Position numbers and translations under genes: made by a program. From Azolla caroliniana (taxonomy: Eukaryota; Plantae; Polypodiophyta), in NCBI GenBank assembly GCA_043228905.1, contig JBHGNT010000002.1, forward strand, positions 18,662,001-18,726,000: DNA of 64,000 bases, read 5' to 3'. Shown here in pieces: positions 13,610 to 25,344 of this stretch. Numbering within the stretch: position 1 is the first letter of the stretch; every line of letters starts with the position of its first letter. The notes under the pieces were generated by a model, which was given only the letters and a program-made list of their open reading frames with translations, was not told where the DNA came from and did no database searches.

Positions 13610-14280
13610 GTTCAGTCATATGGACATGAAAGGGTTTTGGTAGCATGTACTTAGTTATCCCCCAATGCTGAAAGTATAACTGATGTCAATATGACAGGCC
13701 CAATTTTTCACTCCTAACTTTTACTAATGCAGCATGCTTAGACTCGTACCACGAGAGTACGAAGATTGTTTAATGACTCTGAAATGGTTTAGCAAAGTGC
13801 AGGGCAAGTTCAAAAGACCGTGGGTAAGAATGATCTAAAACGAATGACTGAATCATTTGTCAGAGCAGTGCAATAGCTCTCCCCACTATAGGAGTGGGTC
13901 AGTTAAATCAGAGGACCAACTACAACTGGCCAACCAAACGTTAAGGTTTTCTGGTTAGGATATGACCGACAAGGCACACAAAGATGTCCAGTTAACACGA
14001 TGGTTGATCCATATTCCTCATGCTGACAGTGACATGACTGTCTGCAGACTAGACCATCAACAGTCAACCACGATTACGAATGCAATCCGTAATATAAGGC
14101 CAAGATGACAAGGATCAAAGCAAGGTAGTAAAGATCACAGAAAGTCAAGAGTAAAAGCAAAGCACGCTGAAGAAGAGTAGAGATCACATCAAATAAAACA
14201 AAGAAGGGATGTTTGGCTGGAGGGAGATTAAGAAGGCAGCGTAAACGAGGGTGAGGGTCAAAGTGAAGGCAAGGACTCAC

Positions 14281-14383
14281 AGGATGAAGAGGCATTGATG
14301 GCGGCTGGAGGGAGACCGGGTCACTTGCGGCTGCTTCTTCTTGTCTTCGAGGGAGGTAATGCTGAAAGATGTCTTCTAAGCCG
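14281..14383 (-). CDS. MADS gene exon 2 (I domain)
   Basis: Polypyrimidine tract plus TTGCAG acceptor; GTGAGT donor; 103 nt. Translates GLEDIFQHYLPRRQEEAAASDPVSLQPPSMPLHP (compare SMEDIIERY). Phase matches exon 1. Confidence 0.85.
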
Positions 14384-14517
14384 CTGCAAAGAAAGAAAGA
14401 AAGAAAGATAGAAAGAAGTCATGGTCATGATGATTGGTAATTAGTTAAATCGCTGCAGAGAGGAGAGAGGATGGGATTAATGGCGGAAGGAAGAAATCGA
14501 TGGAAGGAAGGAGGTAC

Positions 14518-14711
14518 CGGTGTGGGGGGGGACAGGCGAAGTGGGAGAGCTTGCCGGAGTTGGAGGAGGTGATGAGGGCCACTTCAGCGTCGCAGAGGAC
14601 GGAGAGCTCACGCGCCTTCTCCAGCAGGCCCACGCGCCGGCGCCGCCGCTTGCGGGTAGTAGCCTCCTTCTCCATGCGTTTCATCTCTATCTTTTAGCGC
14701 CCCATCCCCAT
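14518..14711 (-). CDS. MADS-box exon 1
   Basis: Translates [64 protein letters not shown]. The [12 protein letters not shown] core is diagnostic of type II (MEF2-like) MADS domains. Phase-2 donor GTACCT at 14517. Confidence 0.93.
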
Positions 14712-14899
14712 TCCCTCTTCTTCTCCTTCTGCTTCTGCTTCTGCTTCTGCTTCAGCTGTGCAGAAACGGCCTGCGACTACCTAACGGCGGCGCTGTCTCC
14801 ACCCTCCCCCTCTTCTCCCTTCTTCTGTCTTCCTTGATATTTATGTACATATAGTTATTCCATTCTCTTTTAATGTTAGCACCAAGTTACGTACGTCTA

Positions 14900-14982
14900 A
14901 TGTGTATGTATGTGTAATGTGTTGTATGCATATGCATATGCATATGCGTATGCGTATGTGTAATGTGTATGTGTATGTGTAT

Positions 14983-15015
<33 letters not shown>

Positions 15016-15040
15016 TACCTGTAATGTGTATGTGTATTTG
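14900..15040. repeat. (TG)n / (CATATG)n microsatellite block upstream of the MADS gene
   Basis: Visible tandem gcatat and tg arrays. Confidence 0.9.
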
Positions 15041-16099
15041 ATGGATGGGTCATTGGTTGTCCGCCCTATGGACCGGACCCCATAATTATTTCTATCAATA
15101 GAAATGTTTTCTTAGCTTCACCTTTTTTGCATTCGTTCTCGGTTCTCAAAGGTATTTCTCACGAACAACAAACAAAGCTTTGAAACGTATCATTGAATGT
15201 AGTCCTGATATACGTATATATACATACATACATATACATTTACTATGATAATCATAGTATATGTATATGTATGCATAAATTGACACATGCGTGATATTCG
15301 TGGTATTCTCCATGCGCAATATTCTCAATATTCGAGAATATGGAATGGCCCCAAGAATATTAGAAAACCATTCGTTTTGCAAAATAAAAATAAAATATTT
15401 ATTTATTTATTTAAATAAATTTATTGTACCAAAAAAAGAAAAATTATTCAGTAATAGATTATAGTATCAAGAGAGTTTATGAAACTTATTTTTATTAATC
15501 TTTTTATTTTTTTATTTTTTTAAATGAATATTTTTATATTTATTATACAAATATGATTAGTATGAACTATGATTGCAAATGCACGTATGATACGAATGGT
15601 TCATTCTATGTGTATATGTATATGTATAATGTATGTATGTACAACAAGTGTACATACCCTAAATTGCCCAAACCCCACATCCCGATATGCAAGCAAAGAC
15701 ACGATAACCTAAGATAATTGCTCCCGTGCAATTCTTAACAACTAAGCCACATGCACCTTACTAGCGTTTACAAAGAATATACAATAATCGTAATCTTACT
15801 CTAGGCTATAAATTTATCCAAGAAAATGATACAATTAAGACAATGAGCTATAAATTAATTGGTCCTTACCGAACTAGCATTTGGAAAGACAAAAAAATAT
15901 CCTAATCTACCTTATAAGCAAGTAGGTCACACTCAATAAGTTTGGGAGGCATTAAATCGTATATTGATTGACATTGAAAGCTAGCTCAAACAAAGGTGTA
16001 GGTTAAAATGTCTAAACTTAGAAAGATATATTTGTTACTAATGAAGAGAAATTAAATGTTAATGTTCATCATTCAATTATTTACTATAGAAAATATTGA

Positions 16100-16830
16100 T
16101 TAAACCACAAAAATGTGGCATACTATCTATATCTATTTTTTTTAATCCCTCCAAACTCATGGGACAACACTATGACATCAAGTTGTATGTAGACACAACT
16201 TGGTTGCTTTATTGCCTCCATCGTAAACATTTTTTTTTCTTAATGAAGATTCACCTTGATATTAATGGAAAGATCCCGAAAGGCTACAACGAATTCATAC
16301 AACATATTTTAACCCTCATATCCACAATGCACATCAACCCGCATGTCAAGTATCAAAAACCCTCATGTAGAGTTGTTCCAAGATGGGGGGTGGAAAAAGC
16401 CATCTTGGTGCAGCATATCTCCACTTTATTCTCTCTTCAAAAGAGGTGAAAACTGCCTTTTTCCAAAATTCTCAAAATTGTTGTTTACGAATCACAACCT
16501 CGGGCTCACCAGTTATTGATTTATATTGACCTCATAGAGTATGTAAGAGCATTAACCATATCTCATTGACTAACTCAATCGCATTCTATTTTACTTTTTG
16601 AAATACACATCATCTAGCCTTCCACAATACCCAAACTACTAAAGAAGATATCATAGACCATACCTTATCCTCTTCCAAACAACGGATTGTTGTAATATAA
16701 GAGACCTCCAATACACGTCTTCCATAGGAAAGGAGAAGAAAATCAACATACTCCTTTTCATAGTTCTGAATTTCTTTAGCTAATCTTCCCCATCTCACAA
16801 AACCCCATCTGTACACCTGCTTACCATCAT
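16100..16830 (-). mobile_element. Decayed L1-type LINE ORF2 3' fragment
   Basis: DKVWSMISSLVVWVLWKAR*CVF resembles the WxIWKxRNxxVF motif at the end of plant L1 ORF2. Confidence 0.6.
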
Positions 16831-17599
16831 AAACATTCTAATTAACATTGGTTAAAACGGAATCGAAATTACATCACCCCTTGATTCTATTGTCTTAAAA
16901 GATCGGTTCGATTATCTTACACAAATACTTTATCTATGCAAATTTGTTGACTTCGTATGTATCAATGGGATAGAGTTTTATAAATAACAGTTTACAATTT
17001 GAAATGATTGGGATTTGTACGAGAAACCATATGCCCCACCTTTAGACCAACAATATTCTACTTGTTGAGTGCACATGGTTTTACATAGCTCCATATGGGC
17101 ATTGCGTTGTGAAGTTGTATTCTAATTCACTTTAAGCAATGTTCGTTCGTAGTCACAACTCACTCAATCAAAAGTTGTATTTGAGTGTGTGCATTACATA
17201 TTGTCCCCTATTTATGATCATTATAAATCTACACCAAGTCAAAATTGTCCTCCATCACTAATGTAATAATATTATATTCATTGAATATTTCAAGCATTGA
17301 TTCTTATGCTAAGAAAGCATTAGGCGTAGTAATATGTCAAGCTCATACTAGAACTGAATGCTTGGTGTTCCGTAATTCATAAATGTAATATAGCATAAGC
17401 TCAAACATTTATAATATAATCCCGACATAATTTGTGAAACTCCGATACTAACTATTGTTGAAATTTTAGCACTTAAAAAAAATGTCGAAAATTTTGAATA
17501 CATGTATGTGCCATTTTTCAAGCAATTTGTATCCACACATCTAAACTTTTACTATTGGGTTATGCCCCGCAAGAGCCTAACAAGAATGGTTTGAGGAGC

Positions 17600-18300
17600 A
17601 AATTATCAATGGAATTTAGAAAATTGAAGCATATTGAATCCAAGGTTGAAAATGAAGGATCACATTAGACCATTCAAGGAATATATGGAGAATTTAACAT
17701 CGAGGTATTCACTAAAACATTGAGAAATTCGAATAATAATGATTTCATTCGCATTTTAAATATGCGAGTTTAAACTTAATTGTATAAGTTCAATGTATAA
17801 GCTTGCTTCTTGAATCATACATTATCTCCATCTCTTGTCTCTCCTCCTTTTCGTTACAAACTCTACTCATACAAACCCCCGGCGGTTCGATGCATCGAGC
17901 GTGAACTTTACAACACCATTACTGACATATCCCTCTAACAAATATTGTTTGACGCTTGGTGGAGTTGAAGTTTTCAAGCCATGGTTGAAACCACAAACAT
18001 CTTCTTCAAGTATTTCTACACTCGATTTGGGTCCTTTGCATCTCAAATATAGCTTGAAATGTGATCTCTCACACATGTTTCCAAGCAGTACATTACTCGA
18101 GCCACATTCAATAGTTAGGGTTTATGATATCAAGGGTTGTTCTTGAGCACCCTCAATATAACGCAATTACCAATCTCATGCTTGTGAATCTTATATTCCT
18201 AAGATGCATAGGTATGCATGTCCAACTTCTCTATTGGATGTGCACTACCCATTTGTGCCTTCAATGTTGTTGATTTAGCTTGATTAGTAAGCTTCTCTGT
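17600..18300 (-). mobile_element. Possible decayed Mutator-like (SWIM zinc-finger) transposase remnant
   Basis: Frameshifted HKWVVH...WTC...HKHEI at ~18160-18260 resembles a SWIM CxC...CxH finger. Weak. Confidence 0.3.
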
Positions 18301-18316
18301 TGAATGTACACCTTTT

Positions 18317-18578
18317 TGCTATGTATTGCGTCTCTCCTAAAGGGAGAGATAGGCTAGAATGAGGACTGAATAGTCGAATCGATTAGTCAGCCAATTTGAG
18401 GATCAGTCGGTTGGTTCGACCGAAAGGTCGAAGTGAGGGCCAATCGGTTGGATCAACTAGAGAGGTTGAACTTGAGGTCGACTAGTCAGTTCGACTAGTT
18501 GACCGACTACTAAACGTGTATGTACATATATATATATATATGTATATGTATATGTATATATATATGTATGTATATATG

Positions 18579-18638
<60 letters not shown>

Positions 18639-19934
18639 ATGTGCATAATAGTTAGGGTTGTAGCGTATTACCTCAGTGTGAGAGATAGAAGAACTGAGAG
18701 TGAGAGAGCATGAGTGCAAAGAGTAAGACAAACTTGAGATAGGGAGAAGAAGGACAAGCGTTGAGAATCTGCGGATGAGCAACTGAGCGTGCGCTAAGAG
18801 TTCAACAGTGATTGTGCAAGAAACAGAGAGCAAGAGAGGAAACCACCAGAAAGGAAGTGAGTTGTTCCACGTCTTTCTTATAGATTTATTCCCACGAGTT
18901 TTGCCTCTCCCTTAAGGTCAAAGCACCATCATTAGAATTTTTTGTTCTTGGATTTTTCCCTCGCATCCTAGGGAGTCTTGTATCTTGATTTGTATACTCT
19001 TGACTCATAATGGATTTTTTGTTGTTCCGTGGTTTTCCCTGGTTTCAGGGTTTCCATGTAAATAATGTGTATTCTTATTTGTGTTTGTGAGAAGAATAAG
19101 GCTATATGAAAAGGGTGCCGTATGCCTCGGTCATTGGAAGCCTAATGTAAGCTATGGTCTATACTAGGCCAAACATTGCATTTGTTGTTGGAATAGTAAG
19201 TCATTACATGAGTAACCTTGGAAGGGAGAATTCGGCAACCGTAAAATGGATACTTAGATATTTGAAAGGCACTTCAAGTGTATGCTTTAGGTATGGCTCT
19301 AGGAAACCTATGCTCGAAGGTTTCACACATTCTGACATGTGAGGGGATGTAGATTCCAACCGATCCACATTAGGATATGTGATAACTTATGCCGGGGGAG
19401 CCATATCATGGCAATCAAGATTGCAAAGGTTGTGGCCTTGTCAACCATAGAGGCTGAGTATATGGTTGCGGTGAAGGCTAGGAAAGAATTGATTTGGATG
19501 AAGAATTTTCTAATTGAACTAGGAATGAAGCAAGAAAAGTTCCCACTTCACTATGATTACCAGAGTGCCATACATCTAACCAAGAATGTTGCCTACCACT
19601 CTCTTACCAAGCACATACAAAGAAGGTATCATTGGTTACGAGAGAAAGTGGATTAAAATGAATTTACACTAGTGAAGGTCTATACTAACGAAAATGGATC
19701 AGATATGCTTACCAAGATTTTACCTTTGGAAAAACTCGTTGCTTGCCGACTGAAGATAGCTTTACACGACTCTCCCTTACAAGAGTGAAGGGGGAGTTTG
19801 TTATGTGTTGGGTCTCTCCTAACGGGAGCGATTGGTTGGAATGAGGACCGAATGGTCGGATTGACCAATCGATCAATTTCAGGATCGGTCGGTTGGTTCA
19901 ATCGGTCAGATCGACCAGAGAGGTCAACTACTAA

Positions 19935-19981
<47 letters not shown>

Positions 19982-20491
19982 TAATATAGGGTTGTAACGT
20001 ATTAACTCACTGTGAGATATAGAGGAATTGAGAGTGAGAGAGCATGGGCATAGAGAGTAAGACAAACTTGAGATAGGGAGAAGGACGAGTGCTAACATTG
20101 TGCGGATAGGCAACAAAGAGTGCGGTGAGAGTTCAACAGTGATTGTACAAGAAACAAAGGGGAAGAGAGGAAACCCAATAGAAAGGAAGTGAGTTGTTCC
20201 ACGTCTTTCTTATAGATTTATTCCTATGAGTTTTGCCTCTCCCTTAAGGTCGTAGCACCATTATCAGAGTTTGTTGCTCTTGGATCTTCCCCTAGCATCC
20301 TAGGGAGGCTTGTATCGTGATTTGCATACTCTTGACTGATAGTGGATTTTTTGCTGCTCCATGCTTTTCTTTAGTTTTAGGGTTTCCACGTAAATAATGT
20401 GTATTCTTATTTGTGTTTGTGTCTCAAATTAATTTTCTATTTATCTCTTATTGTAAACATATCACTTTTGTCGTGTATCAATACTTCAACA
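18317..20491 (+). mobile_element. Element B: internally deleted Copia with two LTRs and only the RT end/RNase H left
   Basis: LTR1 18317-~19089 (3'-truncated) is homologous to LTR2 19799-20491. Between them: VPYASVIGSLM...ALSTIEAEY...TKHIQRRYHWLRE and PPT GAAGGGGGAG. LTRs contain (TA)n/(CA)n arrays. Confidence 0.88.
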
Positions 20492-22134
20492 ATGATAGTC
20501 AATTCAAAATGATGTGTCCAATTGCTCACACAATTTCAATGGTAGAGCTCGATGAAGGATCTCCAACCCTCATGCACTAGTACCATGTAGATAATGTTGA
20601 ATATTATAGAGTTGTGGCATGAGGAAGTGTTGTGCATGTGTTAGAGTAGGTGTAGGAGCAAGAGAAGGAATCACAAAAAATGACTAGAAATGAAATGTGT
20701 ATAGGAGAGGGATGCAATAATATTCGTAGAAGAGAAAACTATAACATTGATAGACTAAATATACAAGTCCTCAAGGAATTATAGAAAATGACTTGAAATG
20801 AAATGTGTTGGGGCTTGTCCACTCAATTGGTGCCCACAACATGAGCTGACTGAGAGCCGAAGGGCTGATTGAGAGTCGGTTGTGTGTCAGCAATCGGCTG
20901 AACATACAACTGATTGGGAGTTGGTTCAATGCCGAATTGGCTTAGGGCCAAAAAGGAGAAAAGTTATAATTATATATATATATAGCCTTTTTCTTTTGTA
21001 TGTTTATTTTGGTGTGTGTCTTTTGTGTGTGTGTGAACAAATGTATATAGACGTTGTCGTGATGTGGTGTGCTTGAGGGTGGGAAAAACCAACGAAAGGG
21101 GGGGGTAAAAAATGTGCATGTGCAATGTGTGTGCACACAAAAGCGATTAATTGTGCATATGCAAAATAAAAAAGGAAAGAAAGGGTGAAAAGGGGGTATA
21201 GAAGCTCGTGCAAAAAGTAAGAGAGAGGAGAGATAAAAGGTAGAGGGGAGACAGGCTATAAATTTATAGAGATAGAATTATATATTGCATAAGAGAGAGT
21301 TACTGGGTTAGTGGATAGTCACATTAACTACTAGCTAGAGGTGCACTGCTTGAATCTAGTCTTATAATGTAGCATGAGTTAAGGAATTTTATTCCTTTTT
21401 CATTGAAGACAAATTTGGCGACCCCCCCTTCTTTCTTCCTATAAAAGGAGGTCGAGGGGGGCTCATTGAGGAGGACGTTTTAGGAGGAGGAGACTATCGC
21501 CAATTTTCGTTCGAAGCTCTTCATCTCCTTATTCACCACTTCTCTTCATCTCATACCCCTTCATCCCCCCATCGCCACGTGCTCGTCTTTTTCGCGTCGG
21601 CACTCAAAGTGCTCGTGAGCCCAAGCTTCGTTGGTTCGACATTGCTCCGACCCGTTCGTCGTTGCAAGCCCGTGTGCTTGCCGTTTGGGTGGTCGTGGTT
21701 CGTTGGGATTGACATTTTGGTGGTGCTCGTGTGTTCATCTTCGCCGCGTTCGGGTTTTCTTTTGTCTCTAAGGGCATTTAATATTTATGTTTTGATTGAG
21801 CTTGTGGTTAACTATAAGTTGCCATTATAAACAAAACCCTATTTTATAAAGGGTCCTCTTGCGTTGGAATCGAACGCGTATTTATCTTTTTTTTTTGATA
21901 ATGTGAAATGCACATAAGAGATCATAACCAGTCTACTTAGCTTCTTACTTCTTAATCAATTTATAGTTGATACAACGAAACCCATTTGGGTTGGGTTGGC
22001 TAAACATGGTATGCTAAAAGGGTGGGTCAACTTGAGCACACGTATCCTAAAAAGGGTGAGCTAAAAGGGTGGCACAAAGGAACACATGCACACCACAATA
22101 TCATTCGTGTTTCTTTCTCTCCTTCTTTCTTTAT

Positions 22135-22870
22135 TCGTGTCTTCCTTGTACGTTCGGCCGTCTTCTGACGAGGGGACCGTTCGGGCTTGCCCATGCACCT
22201 CTCCTCCTCATAAAGGCGTACGAGCATTTTGTGCGTGCGTTTGTGTCTTTCTTGTACGTTCAATCGTCTTGTGACAAGGGGACCGTTCGGGCTTGCCCAT
22301 GCACCTCTCCTCCTCATAAAGGCGTACGAGCATTTTGTGCGTGCGTTTGTGTCTTTCTTGTACGTTCAATCGTCTTGTGACAAGGGGACCGTTCGGGCTT
22401 GCCCATGCACCTCTCCTCCTCATAAAGGCGTACGAGCATTTTTTGCATGTGTTTTGTGTCTTCCTCGTACGTTCAGCCGTCTTGTGACGAGGGGACCGTT
22501 CGGGCTTGCCCATGCACCTCTCCTCCTCATAAAGGCGTACGAGCATTTTGTGCGTGTGTTTGTGTCTTTCTTGTACGTTCGGCCGTCTTGTGACAAGGGG
22601 ACCGTTCGGGCTTGCCCATGCACCTCTCCTCCTCATAAAGGCGTACGAGCATTTGTGTGTGTGTTTTGTGTTTTCCTCGTACGTTCGGTCGTCTTGTGAC
22701 GAGGGGATTGTTCGGGCGTGCCCATGCACCTGTCCTCCTCATAAAGGCGTACGAGCATTTTGTGCATGTGTTTTGTGTCTTCCTCGTACATTCGACGTCT
22801 TGTGACGAGGGAGCGTTCGGGCGTGCCCATGCACCTCTCCTCCTCATAAAGACGTACGGACATTCGTGTT
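22135..22870 (+). repeat. ~106-bp tandem repeat x7 in the 5' LTR of D
   Basis: The unit core gcccatgcacct recurs 7 times at ~106-bp spacing. Confidence 0.95.
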
Positions 22871-23155
22871 TGTGTTATCGTCCCCTTGTGCGTTCATGTT
22901 GCGTGCTCATCTTTCTTGTACCCGTTTGGTCACTTGGCTTGTGCGGTGATCTCGGAAGGTCGACGAGTCGTGATCAACGAGAGCCACCGGCCTCACAGAA
23001 CAAAGGGCAATGAGACCTTGCTTGGGAAGGGGTCGGGAAGTAGTATTGTCGTAAAGCAAACCTCGGGTCTTCTCTATCCCTTGAGTACTCCCTAGTCCAA
23101 GACCCATGTGGTCCCACCCAAGTAACACACGTGCGCGAAACTTCGCGACATAAAT

Positions 23156-23173
23156 TGGTGAACCAGATGTGAA
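23156..23173 (+). promoter_or_regulatory. Primer-binding site of D, tRNA-Trp type
   Basis: 16/18 match to TGGTGAACCCGACGTGAA, the reverse complement of the plant tRNA-Trp 3' end as recalled from memory. Confidence 0.75.
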
Positions 23174-23220
23174 AGGGCGGCAAGGGAGAACCAAGATGCG
23201 AGGAGGAACTCGCTGAAGCG

Positions 23221-25344
23221 ATGGTGGCGGCAACAGACCATTTGGTAAATGCCCGAGAAGGCATCACCGGCCTAGACCGGGCCATAGAGACGATGGTTAG
23301 CACAACGGGGCGTTTCAATGGAAGAGATATCACGAGCTACTTGGATGCCTATAAGGTCAAAATGCTTATGCGAAACGTCCCCGAAGATAGGCGGCTAACC
23401 GGATTCGCTAGAGTGGTAGCGCCGAGTATCCACACGGAGGTACTCGAGATCCAAGCGAACTGTTGCAATTGGGTGGAGTTCGAAGAAAGACTCCTCGAGA
23501 AGTACGGCCTTGATGACTCACTCAAAATTTCGAAAAGGGATCTAATGGAGTGGGTTGAGCTTCCCGGCAAGGGGAGAAATACTATGGTACTTTTACAAGA
23601 ATTTGAGAAGCGCTTCGAGCGACTCTCAACGCTCGATAGGATGGTGCTTGACACAAGCAAGGTCCTACTATTCATAAAGATTGTTGATGCACGAGATCGA
23701 GAGAAGGTGGAGTCCCTCCTCGAAACTGATGATGAGCTCACGATGGATTGGGCTATGGTAAAACGGGTTTGTAGCCGCTTCGATAAGAGAAGGGAATGGA
23801 ATGACGGGTCTCCGTTGAGCGGCCAAACATCCATAGGCTCCATTAGTGAGACACACGAACCTAGGGGTGGTAGAATACCTCAAGAAAGAGAGCAAGCAAA
23901 TGCAAGGTTCATCCCCGAGAGAAACGTGGTTGAAGCACCGTTAGGAGGGTCGGCAATAGACGAGCTCACAAAGATGGTGCGAGATCTCCAAATAGCGCAA
24001 GCTAGGAGAGAGAGTGGCGGCCCTCAAGATCGATGTCCCCCGTTCACGCAAAGATGTATGTGGTGCGACAACCCCGACCACCTACGAAGGGAGTGTGGAG
24101 ACTTTCAAGAGGCCCTAAGAAAGGATATTGTCTATCTTTGGAACAATAGGGTCTATTCGACGGAGACAAGGCGCCCCTTGGGGTTGAATCAAGGCCGAGG
24201 GGGCATGAGAAGGCTAATGGAGGAGGCCGAAGCACGACATGTTGAAGCCGTCCACTACTCGGCGTCGGCTGGGATCCGAGTGGGGAAAGAGGTGAGGAGG
24301 CAAACGGAGAAAGAGTTTGACTTTTGGACGTCAATCCTTGGAAGCCTCTCTAAGGGGAAGTTCAAAAGAGAAGAAGCGGACGAAGTGGAAAGAAGGGTCC
24401 AAGAAGCAACCGGGTGGAAGGATCCAGTGGAAGAAAAGACAGGCTTAGTGGAAGCCACTTGCCAAAACTACGAAGTAATGGTAGAAGAGAAAAAGGTAGG
24501 AAATGACGAGGGAGCCGGTCCATCAAGGAAATATGATGCTCGAGGTGCACGAAGAAGGGAAGAGCCGAACCAGTCTCAAGCACGCGACGAAAGATGGAAA
24601 GAGAAGGGGAACCCCCCCAACTTCAAGCTTTGTTCGGAGATCGAACAAGCAACAGACTTGAAGAAGGTAGTGGAGGAGAGGATCCTCGATAGTCGCGTAG
24701 AGTTTACTCTGCGAGAGGTCCTCGGAATTGCCAAGAAAGAATTCCACGAGGTCATCATCAACCTGATGAAGAGGAAGCGGCTCTCAATGGAGCAAGAAGT
24801 GGCAAAACCCGCGATTGTAAATGCATTGTCAACTGAGGTCCCCGAGGAAGACGAAGACTATGCAAACAGTCACTACACGAGGCCGCATTGGGCGAGAGCG
24901 ACAACGGAGACACCGATATGAGTTGGAGATGTAAAAGAGCCGGTGGTAGCATTGATCGACCATGGCTCTGAGATCAACCTTATGTCCATGGACTTTTATA
25001 AAAAGGGAAAGTGGCCGATCAACACGAAGCATGGGTGGAAGATTAGAGCGGCGACCCGAGCAACCGAGGAGCTATACGGGGCTTGCCCGAATGTACATGT
25101 GAAGGTGGGGGACGTAGAAATAGATCAACATTTCTTTGTTCAAGAGACATCCTCGCACCCAGTCATCTTGGGTGAACCATACATCACGGCGGCCCGCATG
25201 GAGACGAAGGTGCTAGACAACGGGTCGGCATATGCGAGGGTCAAGAGCCAAGATGGGAAGCATTCGGTCCAATTCCTTACAGTGAGGCCCAACCATGAGC
25301 GCAATCGAGCCTCCCTCAAAGGGGATAGTCGAGAGAATTTTTGA
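23221..25344 (+). pseudogene. gag: Element D gag-protease ORF (one internal stop at 24919-24921)
   Basis: 566-aa ORF with CMWCDNPDHLRREC knuckle continues in frame into the aspartic protease ALIDHGSEIN...VILGEP. Confidence 0.88.

Larger units (their letters stand above)
3220..14711 (-). pseudogene. MIKCc-type MADS-box transcription factor gene with a premature stop (pseudogene or N-terminally truncated variant)
   Basis: Spliced model with GT-AG introns and MIKCc-type exon phases: M 14518-14705, I 14281-14383, K1 4505-4554, K2 4071-4173, K3 3788-3829 and 3614-3657, C ~3220-3450. In-frame TAA at 14694-14696. Confidence 0.85.

Noticed and set aside
14694-14696. Stop codon repaired by U-to-C RNA editing
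   Set aside because: That editing is known from organellar transcripts of ferns and hornworts; this is a spliceosomal nuclear gene.
15045-15620. Short inverted repeats suggesting a MITE upstream of the MADS gene
   Set aside because: I could not define matching terminal inverted repeats with a TSD.
22135-22870. CRISPR-like array or hammerhead (retrozyme) ribozyme in the D LTR repeats
   Set aside because: The units have no unique spacers and there are no cas genes. CTGACGA appears only in the first unit, and I found no correctly placed GAAA core.
22027-23013. Multiple overlapping ORFs on both strands (also 40662-41612, 18510-18833, 46281-46683)
   Set aside because: These are artefacts of tandem repeats and microsatellites in LTRs.
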